A stretch of 37,017 bases of DNA from Octopus bimaculoides (taxonomy: Eukaryota), in the NCBI RefSeq assembly GCF_001194135.2, contig NC_068993.1, forward strand, positions 29,573,841 to 29,610,857, in the 5' to 3' direction. Shown piece by piece: positions 23,591 through 35,640 of the stretch. Under the pieces are notes generated by a model, which made no database searches, was not told the DNA's origin, and was given only the letters and a program-made list of their open reading frames with translations. Positions within the stretch are counted from its first letter, which is position 1. Every line of letters starts with the position of its first letter. The translations under genes and the position numbers were made by a program.

Positions 23591-25945
23591 CTAGTGGGGA
23601 AGCAGATAAGAAAAAATCTGCCAGTGTGCTGCATCGTGAGAACCAGAGACTTGAGGTGTTTTGTGTTGCAAGACAGTGTGTGAGAGAGAATTGTGATGTC
23701 ATAGGAGAGAAATGCATGTGCATGGCTGATGGCTCACTTGCATTTGATGAGACTGCAAAGAGAGAGACTTGGAGACACCACTATGAAAAGTTACTAAATG
23801 AAGAGAATGAATGGGAGAAAGAGTGTCTGCCAAATGTCAACCCAAAAGAGGGACCAGCTATCCAAATTGGTAGATAAAGCAATTAAGGGTATGAGGACAG
23901 GAAAAGCCCCCGGCCCATCAAGAATCACCACAGAGATGCCTAAAATATCTGGGGGTGTCAGCTATAGTCTAGTCACTCATATAGTCGATCAGGTGATACA
24001 TGAAGGAGTCATACCCAATGACTGGTTTAGTATTCAATTGCTACAAACATAAAGGTGATGCATTAGATACGAATAGTTACAGAGGTATCAAGTTGTTGGA
24101 TCAGGTAATGAAAGTCATGGAGAGGGTCATAGCCTGACAAATTAGGGAGAAAGTTAGTTTAGACGAGATACAGTTTGGGTTTGTGCCAGGGAATGCTATA
24201 TTTCTACTAAGACAGCTGCAGGAGAAATACCTAGCCAAAAATAACCTCTGTACCTGGCTTTCGTTGACATGGAGAAAGCCTTTGACAGGGTTCCCTGATC
24301 CCTTATGTGGCAGTCAATGCAGAAACTAGGGATAGATGAGTGATTAGTGAGTGCTGTACAAGCCATGTATAGGGATGCTGTCAGTAAAGTGAGGGTTGGC
24401 AATGAGTATAGGGAAGAATTCTGGGTAGGGGTCCACCAAGGATTAGTCCTCAGCCCCCACTTATTCATCATAGTCTTCCAGGCAAAAACAGAGGAATTCA
24501 AGACAGGATGCCCCTGGGAGTTTCTCTATGCTGATGACCTTGCTCTAATAGCTGAGTCACTATCAGAACTTGCGGAGAAGTTTCAGGTGTGGAAGCAAGA
24601 TCTAGAATCAAAGGGCCTTAGAGTCAATCTAGTAAAAACCAAAGTCTTAAGTAGGAAGGCAGACAAATCACAAATCCCTTCAGGTAGATGACCCTGCTCG
24701 GTCTGTAGAAAAGGCCTAAGTAGAAACTCCATAAGATGTACCTTGTGTAAGCTTTGGACACATAAGAGATGTAGAAATATCAAAGGATGGCTAACTGGGA
24801 AGATAGATTTTGTGTGTGGCAAATGCTCAGGGGCAATAAACACTGAAAATGTGCAGAAAATAGCTTCTGTCACATGCCAGGGGGGAAAACTACAAGTAGT
24901 TGATAGCTTCTGTTACCAAAGTGGCTAAGCCAGTAGCTGGGGTGGATGCTCTGAAAGTGTAGCTGCTAGAATAAGAATAGCCTGGGCAAAGTTCAGAGAG
25001 CTCCTACCTCTGCTAGTGACAAAGGGCCTCTTGCTCAGAGTAAACGATAGACTATATGATGCATGGCTGCAAACAGCCATGCTACATAGCAGTGAAAGAT
25101 GTTCCATGACTGCTGAGGACATACGTAAGCTTGCAAGGAATGAAGCTAGTATGCTCTGCTGGATGCGTAATGTCAGTGTGCATACACGAGAGAGTGTAAG
25201 TGCCCTGCGAGAAAAGTTGGATTTAAGAAGCATCAGATGTGGTGTGCAAGAGAGATGACTGCGCTGGTATTGTCATATGTTACATATGGATGAGGACAGC
25301 TGTGTGAAAAAGTATCACACTCTAGCAGTTGAGGGAACCTGTGGAAGAGGTAGACCTGGGATGATGTGGTGAAGCACGGCCTTTGAAAGTTTGGCCTCAC
25401 GGAGGAAATGACAAATGACCAAGTCCTTTGGAGATATGCTGTGCTTGAGAAGACCTTGCAATCCAAGGGAGACCATAACTGTGGCTTATGCCAGTGCAGC
25501 ATAACTGGTCCATTTAAGAGTACCCTTCAATCATTGGGCAATAAACTGCACTTGCAAAGACCTGTCGAGTCAAGTGAAGTAATTGTTGTGGCGGATGACA
25601 GTACCGCCTGATTGGCACCCGTGCCAGTGGCATGTAAGAAGTACCATTCGAGCGTGGTCGATGCCAGTACCACTTGACTTGTCCCATGCCAATGGTACAT
25701 AAAAAGCACCATTCAGGTGTGGTCGATGCTAGTACCGCCTGACTGACCAGTGACATGTAAAAAGCACCCACTACACTCTCTGAGTGGTTGGCGTTAGGAA
25801 GGGCATCCAGCTGTAGAAACTATGCCAGATCAGATTGGAACCTGGTGCAGCCTTCTGGCTTGCCAGCCTTCAGTCAAACTGTACAACCCATGTCAGCATG
25901 GAAAGCGGACGTTAAACGATGACAATGATGATGATGATGCTGATG
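23590..25945 (+). mobile_element. RTE-clade LINE, 5'-truncated (linker, RT with PHD-like insert, 3' UTR, (GAT)n tail)
   Basis: GKAPGPS, IPNDW, YRGIKLL, QFGFVPG, FVDMEKAFDRVP, VHQGLVLSP, YADD (24527-24538); tail at ~25915-25945. Confidence 0.93.
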
Positions 25946-26044
25946 AAATGTGAGAAAGACAAAGATGCAGTTAGAGGAGGAATTGTAGTTCGATTTCTTA
26001 GGGTAGAATGAGTGGGACACAACTCTTCTAGCACTCAGTTTCAT

Positions 26045-28215
26045 GGACAGGTCTTCTCTCGAACTTCATATCTCCAAATATCTCAGTCCACTGTCATTTC
26101 CTCTGCGAGCCCCAACATCCTAAAATCAGTCCTCACCCATGTCTTCATCCCGTGTCTTTTTGGGTCTCCTTCTTCCACAGGTACCATCCACTTTCAGTGA
26201 TAGGCACATCTGTATACAGCTGTCTTCACTCATATGCATCACATGTTGAAACCAACGCATTCTCCTTTCCAGCATACCACATTTAATCCCTCTTATGCCT
26301 GACTTTTCCCTCAACACAGTTGTGCTCTGTTTGTCATGCACACTGATGTTACAAATCCAACGGAGCATACTACCTTTATTCATCTCCAGCCTACGCATGT
26401 CCTCCACAGTCACAGCCCATGTCTCACTATCATGTAACAAGCCATTCTCACACAAGCATCATACAATCTACCTTCACTCTGAGAGAGAGTCCTTTTACTG
26501 CCAACAGAACTAATAGTTCTCTGAACTTCTTCCACCTTATTCTTATTCTAGAAACAATACTTTCAGAGCATCCACTGCCATTACTAATTTAGTCACCTAA
26601 ATAGCAGAAACTATCAACTACCTCAAGAGAGCCTCCTGAGCATTTGAGAAAGTTTAAGTCCCTCGTGCTCTTAGTACTTACTGTTCCTGTGCATCTGTCA
26701 CACACAAAAGTGACCTTATCTGATAACCTTCCCACAATTCCATTGCATCTCTTATGCCTCCATAGCTTACACTTGGTGCAGCAAATGGAATTACATTCCA
26801 CTCCTTTCCTACATACTGAACAGGGCTATTTGCCTGCTGGGATGAGAGTCTTATCTCCTTCCTTGTTAATAACAAACTAAGTTAAGGCCCCTTGATTCCA
26901 GGTTTTGCTTCCAAACCTGGAACTTCTTCAATTCTGCTTCAGATTCTACAATAAGAGCAAGATCATCAGCATATAGTAGTTCCCATGGGCATCCAGTTTT
27001 GAAGTCATTTAATGGCCTGAAGAACTATGATGAATAAGAGTGGACTAAGAACTGATCCCTGGTGTACTTCAACTTATATGTTAAATTCATCATTGTGTTC
27101 AAGGCCAACTCTCAGCTTACTGACAGCATCACTGTACATAGTTTGAACCATTCTAACAAGCCACTCCTCTACTCCTAGCTTCCTTAAAGACCACCAAATA
27201 AGAGAGAGGGGAACTCTGTTGATAGCTTTTTCCAGATCAACAAAGGCTAAGTACAATGGCTTACTTTTGACCAAATACTTTTCTTGCAACTGAAGATGGC
27301 ATCTGTGGTACTTCTCCCTGAAACAAAACCAAACTGCATCTCATCTAGATCAATTCTATCCCTAATTAGTTGAGATATAACTCTCTCTGTAATTTACATG
27401 ACCTCATCCAGCAGTTTGATACCTCTGTAGTTGTTTTAAAGGCATCACCTTTACCCTTATAACAGCTGACTATAATACTGCTACACCAGTCTTCGAGGAT
27501 GATGTCTTCTTGAATAACCTGATTAACTATGCAAATGACTAGGCTGTATCTCACACCACCTGATATTTTAATCATCTCAGCAGTAACACCCTATGGTCCA
27601 GGAGCTTTCCCAGTCTTCATTTTCTTAATTGCCTTATCTACTGCTATCCACTCTGATAGCTGGTACCTCAATTGGTTCAATATTTGAAAGACTCTCCTCC
27701 CAATCATTCTCCACATTTAACAACATTTTATAATGGCATCTCCACACATCTTTCTTCTCTTAGTCACTAAGTGCAAGCATACCGTTATCCATTCACACAC
27801 ATTTCTCACCTACTACATCTCTATTCTCTCTGATACACTGCTTTGCAATCCTGAACACCTCATGCCTCTGATCGTCATGCTGCATAACATTGGCAAACTT
27901 CTTACCTTCTGCTATTCTTTTTGCTATGTAAACCTGTTGCCTAGCCTCCCTTCTGGCTCCCTGATATAATGTTTTGCTTCCACCATTTTTCCAGTACTTC
28001 CAGGCCTGTCTCTTTGCTTTTATAGCACTGTCCACCTCCTTGTTCCACCACCAAGTCACCCTTGGCCAGATTTGGTCAGTGGCACCCAGTAAATTGTTCC
28101 ACAGGACCTTCCAGTTGTCCTCTAAGCTATATGTCCCTTTCTCTTCCTCCTCTCTATCATCAGAGGCCTCCAGTAGAATGTCTCTAAATTTTTGTTGTTC
28201 CTCTTAGGTAAATCT
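26045..28215 (-). mobile_element. RTE-clade LINE of a diverged subfamily, tail-to-tail with the previous copy
   Basis: WWWNKEVD, KGKGDA, FVDLEKAINRVP, YADD (26962-26973), CTKCKLWRHKRC, SFCYLGD, LLHDSETW, GRRRPKKT. Confidence 0.9.
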
Positions 28216-28615
28216 CATTAACTTTTTCAAGTTTTATTTGAAAGGCAAAGTGAGGATAGAGAAGCCAGTACTGTTCTTGAGTGAATTTAATGAACAGTGG
28301 GTGGAAATTACAAAATGGCAAGAATAGATGGCATAATTATAAGTATAGACATGTTAATTGGAGAACAGAATTGGAGAGGACTCTTGCTTTTGATAGTCAG
28401 TGGTGGGTTTCCTTGATTGACCCTAGAGGTCTTCCTGTATCATGAGGATCATATCACTATTACCTTTTATTTTTACTGTTATATACTATGTATACTTTCC
28501 TTTGTTTTATTGTATACTACAAATACATTTTTTAATAATTTCATTCTGTATTAACCCGAAAATTTTGTCTTTATTTTGTTCCCCTCAAACATGATTGTGG
28601 TGGTAAATAAAAGAT
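28215..28615 (+). mobile_element. Old Tx1-like ORF2 C-terminus and 3' UTR remnant
   Basis: ttgaaaggcaaagtgaggatagag...caaaatggcaagaatagatg resembles the reverse complement of 29940-30050; ends near AATAAA. Confidence 0.45.
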
Positions 28616-28679
28616 GTCCTCATTCTTGATATTATTAGACTATTATCATCATGAAGATGAATCATTTGCACAAATTGCT

Positions 28680-28846
28680 TAACAGTATTTCTTCTGGTTC
28701 CTCATTTCCTGATTTCAAATTTATCTTTCATCTCTTCAGGGGTGAAAAAATAATGTACCTGTTGATTACTGGAGTTGATATAATCGACTTGCCCCCTCCC
28801 CCAAAATTTCATGCCTTATACCTATAGTAGAAAGGATTATTATTAT
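28680..28846 (+). mobile_element. tRNA-derived SINE (head-truncated) with (ATT)n tail
   Basis: Same body as the reverse complement of 29357-29563; ends agaaaggattattattat. Confidence 0.65.
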
Positions 28847-28847
28847 C

Positions 28848-29058
28848 AAGACAGCAAACTAGCAGAATCAATTGTGCATCAGACAAATTGCTTAGCAGCA
28901 TTTCTTCTGGTTCTTTACATTTTGAGTTCAAATTAACATTTCATCCTTTGAAAGTAGATAACTTATGTACCATTTGAACACTAGTGTCAATGTAATCAAC
29001 TTATCCCTACCCCTAAAACTGCTGGCCCCATACCAAAATTAGAAATAATAATAATAAT
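28848..29058 (+). mobile_element. tRNA-derived SINE
   Basis: A-box-like tagcagaatc, B-box-like gagttcaaat, same body as its neighbours. Confidence 0.65.
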
Positions 29059-29275
29059 GATTTCAAATTTTGGCATGAGGCCAGCACAATTTCAGGGGAG
29101 GAGGTAAGCTGGTTGCATCAATCCCCATAACTCAACTGGTACCTATTTTATTAACCCCAAAAGAATTAAAGGTAAAGTCGACCTCAGTAGAATTTGAACA
29201 CAGAATATGGAGATGGGTGAAATGCTGCCAAGCATTTTGCCTGGCATGCAAACGTTTCTGCCTGCTCAGTGCCTT
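29059..29275 (-). mobile_element. tRNA-derived SINE
   Basis: Reverse complement of the same family (aaaggtaaagtcgacctcagtagaatttgaac). Confidence 0.7.
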
Positions 29276-29278
29276 AGA

Positions 29279-29356
<78 letters not shown>

Positions 29357-29563
29357 CCTTTCTACAATAGACACAAGGCCTGATATTTTGGGGGAGGGAG
29401 CTAGTCAATTACATTAACCCCAGTTCTCAACTGGTACTTATTACATCGACTCTGAAAGGATGAAAGGCAAAGTCAACCTCAGCGGAATTTGAACTCAGAA
29501 TGTAAAGACGGACAAAATGCCACTTTGCCTGGCATGCTAACGATTCTGCCAGTTCACTTCCTT
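29357..29563 (-). mobile_element. tRNA-derived SINE with (ATT)n tail (plus-strand (TAA)n 29279-29356)
   Basis: Minus strand reads tggcagaatcgttag (A-box-like), gagttcaaattcc (B-box-like) and ...gtagaaagg(att)n. Confidence 0.78.
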
Positions 29564-29594
29564 TATTATAATAATAATAATAATAATAATAATG

Positions 29595-29652
<58 letters not shown>

Positions 29653-29914
29653 TAATTTCTTTATTGGTCACCAGGGCCGAACACAAAACATAAAGGACAA
29701 TACACAGACGAGGGGCAGTGGGGTTAATGTGTAAACAGTAAAAAGAAAAAACAAACACAACAATTAACAAGGAGATTAAACCAACAATGTTCTTCCCCAA
29801 TAGGGGGGAAATTTCACCAAGGAGTGACTAAAGGAACCTCACACCCTTTGGACCCCCTAACACCAAGGGCACTTCAGGTAGGCACCCCTCTCCTCTTCAT
29901 TCCATCCAGCCTAC

Positions 29915-29938
29915 TTAGGGTTAGGGTTAGGGTTAGAG
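29915..29938 (+). repeat. (TTAGGG)3 TTAGAG telomere-type repeat
   Basis: Direct reading: ttagggttagggttagggttagag. Confidence 0.9.
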
Positions 29939-29939
29939 T

Positions 29940-32900
29940 AGGCTCATTCACATGAGCCATTCTTGCCACATTCAAAACCTTTCAACAAACTTACTGGGTG
30001 ACAGCACCTCTCTCTCCAGCGTCACTTTCCTTTTCAAGTGGAATCTAAAAAAATCTATGAGGCCTTGGCCAAAGTGGAAGGTACCTGTCTTCAAACCTCT
30101 TAATCACATCCACCACACAACTTCTTTCACCATAGTCACCAGACAGAGGCAAACTGCCTGTCTTTCCTGACCAAAGGAAGGAGGCAGGGCAATCTTCATG
30201 ATGGACTTGGACGATAGACAATAACTGTCCGACGAAGCTCCACAAGTCAGCAATGCATGGACACTGTATAAGAGCATGCAGAATGGTTTCCTCACCCTGT
30301 GTGCATCTCTGACTGCACACCCATACCAGCCAGTTGATCCCTTTTGACACCCAGAATCTCTCTGGGAATGTTGTCACTCTTGCCCTCCACTAATCCCCTA
30401 TAGAACTCCAAGGTGGAACTTCCACTGACTGGCTGAGGGCTGTGAGCACTTGGGGACACTCTCAGTGCCAAGCGCCCTGCCTCAGTCTATGCCTGATCCA
30501 GGACTGTCACCCCGTCAAGGACATGAGCTGCAGGAAAGCATGTCCAACACACAGTGAACACACCTACTCACTGTTAAGGTATTACTGGAGATGTTGCAGC
30601 ATCAGCGCATGTCTGCATATCATCAGCCACGGCATGCCTAGTCCTCCACACAATGGGTGCTGACAACAAATGGACTGTCTGACAACTGGTACCTGTCCCT
30701 TCTACAGGAAGCAGAAGAGCAAGCACACCAGCCCATTCAGCCACAAAATGGAGCAAGGGACGAGTCAGACAGTAGTACATAATGGATGCGATGTATGCAT
30801 TTGCCACTTCTGCCCGACCTTTCAGGGACAGCTTCCTCTCGGTCCATTTCTGAGAGAGACTGGTCACCCTATCTGTTATCTCACCCCAGTTCTTGTCCAC
30901 TTGGAGGTCTGGACCGAACCATACCCCGAGCAACTTAACCGGTCCTTCTGTCCAGCATCCCACAATGCCGTTGGTCAGTAAAGGCCTGCTTCTCCAGGTG
31001 CTGAGCTGCAGGCCCACTGACTTCTCCTGGTTAATCATTACTCCTGTCATTCGCTTTGTATTCCTTGAGGGTAATGCCAACCATCTCGATTTCCGAAACA
31101 TCCAACATATGCCGACACAAATCTTCCACATCCTAATTCACGCAGTATGCCCCTTGAAACATCCAGTTTCTGCAGTGTTGGCTTGAGTGCAAATACGTAG
31201 AGAAGGGGTGAGAGTGGGAATCCTTGATGGACCAAACGTGCGATGCTAAATGATACCAACAGGTGGTCATTTACTTTGACCACTGAACAGATGTCACTGT
31301 ATATTGCAGCAATCCAGCCTCTAAAAACAGGACCAAAACCAGCTGTCTTAAGGACAGCCTCCAAGTACTGATGGTCGACCTTATCAAAAGCCTTCGATTG
31401 ATCCAAGTTGATCAGGGCCCCACCCATACCAGGTTCTTTAACAACCTTCTCTATGAAATGGAGGTTGTCGTGGATAGATTTGTTGGGGATAGTGCAAGTC
31501 TGTGCATCACCCACCAGTCTCTCAATGATAAGTGCCAACCTCTTTGCTAACACCTTGGCCAAAATTTTGTAATCTGCATTTAGCAGAGTTACAGGCCTAA
31601 AGTTATCAACAATGTCCCCTTTGTTCGGATCCTTTCTCAGTAGCATCACCACACCTCAGCTCACAGATCTAGGATTTTCCCGTTCTGCTGTCAGTTGCAG
31701 TAGACACCCCACAAAAGCTCACCAAACAAGTCTGGCATATGAACATAAAGCTCGAAGGCAGGACAATCCAATCCTGGAGACTTTTCTCTTGAGCAACTAG
31801 CCAACATGTCCCATATATTTTCAGCTGTTATTGGCATTTCACAGAACTCACTATCACTGGCCAAAAGCCGTGGCAGGCCATCAATGTAGGAATTGAAGTT
31901 CACCTCCGCTTCCGGCCCATCACAAATTCCTGCACAGTTCAGCAAAGTGTTGCTGAAATTCCACACAAATCTGCTTGGACTTGTGTAGCATGTACCTGTC
32001 CTAATCCCTCAAAGACCAAATTGTAGTTTTATTATCACATTGCACTTTCGCCACCCAGGCCCCTCGAACGGCTTTTGTTCCCACCTGTTTTAGAGCACGT
32101 GCCCTAGCTCTGACAATGCTACCTTCATGCTTGGTGTTGAAGAATTGGTTCAGAATCAATCACACTGCTAGCACACTGGTTGCAATGCCTCTTCTAATTT
32201 TCTAACTAGGTCTCCCTCTACTCTAGTCTTCTCTATTGCTAGTTCTCTGCTAAATTTTACAGCTTCTACTCTAATCTCCCATTTTAGGGCTACCCACCAT
32301 CGGTTGTTGATGACTGCACCTAACTTTCAACTTTTGATAGACTAACTTGCTAAGTTGGTCTCTGAATGCTTGACGTGCCAGAAGGGGTGCGTTTAGCTTC
32401 CAGTATCCAGGACCCTGCTTATGAAGCCTATCTAGGTCAACTGTACAGATTGCAAATTTGTGATCTGTATAGCAGATGAGTTTGAATTGTGGACAACCTA
32501 TGCTATCCCTGTCTGCTGGCCTACAAAATATCCTATCTAGATAAGATCTGGATGACCTGATGCTGTTTGCCCATGTCCACACTTGGGTATTTGGGTAGTC
32601 CAGTCTGAACCTGTCAGCCAGTTGGAAACAACTGAGCAGGTTTGCAAGGCCTGTGCACCTTCCTTTCCTATCTAGCCCCACTCAATCCACATTTGCATCC
32701 AAGATGGCATTCCAGTCACCCACTAACACAAAAGAGTGAGACGTCCCTAGAAACACCTTCAAACATCTGAAGAAATCCAGCTGCCCTGATCCATTCAGAG
32801 CATACACAGTGACCAGTCTGAAAACACTGCCTTCATTATCGTTCACATCTAGAACCACCAACTTACCTTCCAGGCCCTGGAAGGCCAGCTGTTTCTCAAG

Positions 32901-33124
32901 ATCGAGGCCTCTTATCACCCCCACTCCGTTCCTGGTCAACTAAGAGATGCATAGATCTCAAAATCGTCAAAAATAGGTACTATGGTGCATGTGTCCACGA
33001 TCCTGGTCTCACTAAAGGCTATTACATCCAAATTCAGCTACCTGAGGTCATTGAGCAAGTCACCTTGCTTCCTGGATGACCCCTAGCCACGTACATTTAC
33101 GCAACCTACTCTCAACACCACCAT
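29940..33124 (-). pseudogene. Tx1-like ORF2: APE endonuclease, RT and C-terminal Cys/His knuckle
   Basis: MVVLRVGCVNVRG (ATG 33124), SETR, VTVYA, VGDWNA, SYLDRIF, TDHK, GYWKLN, KSPGLD, NFRPVTLLNADYKILAKVLA, LDQSKAFDKVDH, HQGFPLSPLLY, EETILHALIQCP. Confidence 0.92.
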
Positions 33125-33152
33125 AAAAGGTAGGAAAGAAAGATGAAGAATG

Positions 33153-35375
33153 TTACTTACCCTCCTGATTGGAGATCGGGTGGTTCCACCTCCATTTCTT
33201 TGTGGGGCTCTTTGAGAACCCTTGTAGAAGCCTTGCATTGGCATTTACTTGAGGGATCCCTTCACCATCTGGAAAGGCATCCTTAACTGTTTGGAAAGTA
33301 TCCAAATCCATCCTCATTATCATTAAGTCCTTTGGCACATTGCACATGCTAGTCTAAGAAGATTTCTCCTCCACTTTTTTCAATGTCTTTCCTTTGTAAT
33401 AAGAGGACCATGACTTTTTTATTGGCCCTCCTTACTAGCACAAAGTTAGCTACCTGTATCGTTGTTTTTTTGCTGTTCTTGTTGTGTTTGTGATGTGAGT
33501 TTCTTTTTGGGATTTTTTCTGTCTGCAGTGGGTTTTTTAGTGCTTGTGGTGCTTTAGTTGATGATTGTGGTGCTGCAGGAGTTGTCTGAGTGTCTGTGTT
33601 TGTTGTGGGTGTATGTGTAGTTTCTTTGTTATCTTGTTTTGGTGCAGGACAAGATGTCTCACCTCTGTGACTTCTTTTCGGTCTTTGATTTACTTTGTTC
33701 CCCCTCATCATCACTTTTCAATGTGATAGAACAAGTGTCTGTTGCAACCCCCTCCTCTCTGTGTGGAAGTAAATTTGTGTTTGCATGTGTATCTTTTTCT
33801 GTGTGTTTGTTTGTGAGAGGGGGAGTTTGTTGAGCTTGGTTGCGAGGTGTTGGTTTTCATGGTTGAACTCTCCAACAGTTTTCTGCTAGTGCTGTTGTTA
33901 TATCTGCCTCTGCCATTGCCATTGTTGCTATTTTTGTTGCTTTTTCTGTTGTTGGTGGAGATCTTTCTACAGCTGGTGTTCGTATCAATGGAGGTCCACA
34001 GACCCCTGTACATTTTTGCTGAGGGCAACATGCTTGTAGGTGTGTTACTTCACCACAAGTGAAGCAATGAGGCCTTCTGCCCTCGGTGATCAGAGGTAAT
34101 CTCATCCTGTCCTTGAAGCGGACATGGTCTGAGATGTTCTCCAAGTCTTGTGGTTTTATTTGGATTTGCATTTCCAAATCCATCCCAACTCAGTCTTCTC
34201 TTTGTGACCATTGGACTTTTAGGAGAAGGGTATCACTGTCCTCCATGATCACACATCCCACAAGGCACCATATGTTGATACCTGGTGTTATTCTGGAGAC
34301 ACAAACTTTTATTGTTCTTCTGCCCATGTAGGACGGGTACATTATAAGCTGGTCAGTTTTACGGGGTCCCACCAAATGCTTCATGGCTAACTCTTCTGTT
34401 TTAAAAAGGACCGAGATGGTACCAGAACTTTGGGCCCTTTGGAAGAATTCGACATTCTCTCTAATTGATCTCAGTGCCATTTCCACCTGAAGGTGGGAGA
34501 GTTGTTCTGCTCTTCAAGACTGTACCAAGATGCATTTATATTTTACTGTCCTCTTCTCAATTTCTATCTCCACTTCAGCTGGGATTGCAATATTTTACCA
34601 GGTTTTTTCTCTGTTTATGAGTTTGTGGGCCTGGGTCAACATCTCTTTTTTGTTGGAGATGTCTATCTCATAGTAATTTTGTTGGCATTTTGCAAAAGTA
34701 CTTGTTCTGCTCTCACTGTTGATGGTGGTGGTGGAATCGTTCATGTTGTTACTGCTATTGTTACTTGCAAATACACCTGCCTCTTTTTTGCTGGTGTTTA
34801 ACATTGGTATTGGTTGTCTTCTCATCGATGTTTTTGTTATTGTTATTCATTCTGTTATTGTTTTCTGTTAAGCTTCTTTGCTCCGTGTTGTTGGCGTGGT
34901 TATTTTCAATGTTGATATCAGTTATCATAGTATTTTTCACGTTATTTCTGTTTGGGGAGTTGACAGTTACATTTTTGTTGCCTATTCAACTATTAAGTGA
35001 TTGTGTGTCCTCCATTGTGTTGCTTTTCTCTGTCGTAATAGTAATTTGCTCTTTGCGGTTAACTTTATCACTATCCATAGAGTCTGTGGTGCTTTTGGAT
35101 TCATTATCAATTTTGTCCTCGAAATTGTTACTTCTGTTAGCAAAAATTGCATTTTCCTGACTTTTCCAGTTGTCACAAAATGGTTTGTCTTGTGTAAGAA
35201 AGTTACGCCCCTCCACACCATTTTTCACTTGCAAATGTGTAAACATTTCGCAACTACTTTTATTTGGGCATAAGGCCCAAATATTATTTAGTTCTTTTTT
35301 CTGGGGACAAAGACTATTTATTGTTTTACGTTCCCATTTAAACAATAACATCAACAAAGACAGTTTTGATAACAA
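33153..35375 (-). pseudogene. Tx1-like ORF1 (gag-like, CCHC knuckle, low-complexity termini)
   Basis: PHCFTCGEVTHLQACCP (CX2CX4HX4C) at ~34030-34080; fragments in several frames; last segment ends NQEGK* at 33153. Confidence 0.78.
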
Positions 35376-35459
35376 AAATACTTGTCAAGTTTCCGCCGAC
35401 ATTCTAGCCTTCCAACCAGAAGTAGTAATAATAATAATAATAATAATGATAATAATGAT

Positions 35460-35578
35460 AAACACTTTCAATACAGTAACCATAAGAGCACCACAGCAAA
35501 CCACAGCACATACCCAAGGCGCACAGAGCTGCGCTCGGTAGTGAAGTGAAAGCACGTTATAAAAATAAAACTACTGAA
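35460..35578 (+). mobile_element. Very short 3' tail of the Dong-like family seen at 19229-19958
   Basis: Reverse complement match to 19290-19410; followed by (AAT)n. Confidence 0.85.
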
Positions 35579-35640
35579 CAATATTAATAATAATAATAAT
35601 AATAATTATTATTATTATTATTATTATTATCATTATTATT

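Larger units (their letters stand above)
29656..35425 (-). mobile_element. Near full-length Tx1/L1-clade LINE (~5.8 kb) embedded in a (TAA)n tract
   Basis: Two degenerate ORFs (listed separately), 3' terminus ccaataaagaaa, and (TAA)n on both sides (29568-29655, 35426-35455). Confidence 0.9.

Noticed and set aside
34493-35541. Plus-strand hydrophobic ORFs resembling membrane proteins
   Set aside because: They are antisense readings of the A-rich, low-complexity Tx1 ORF1.
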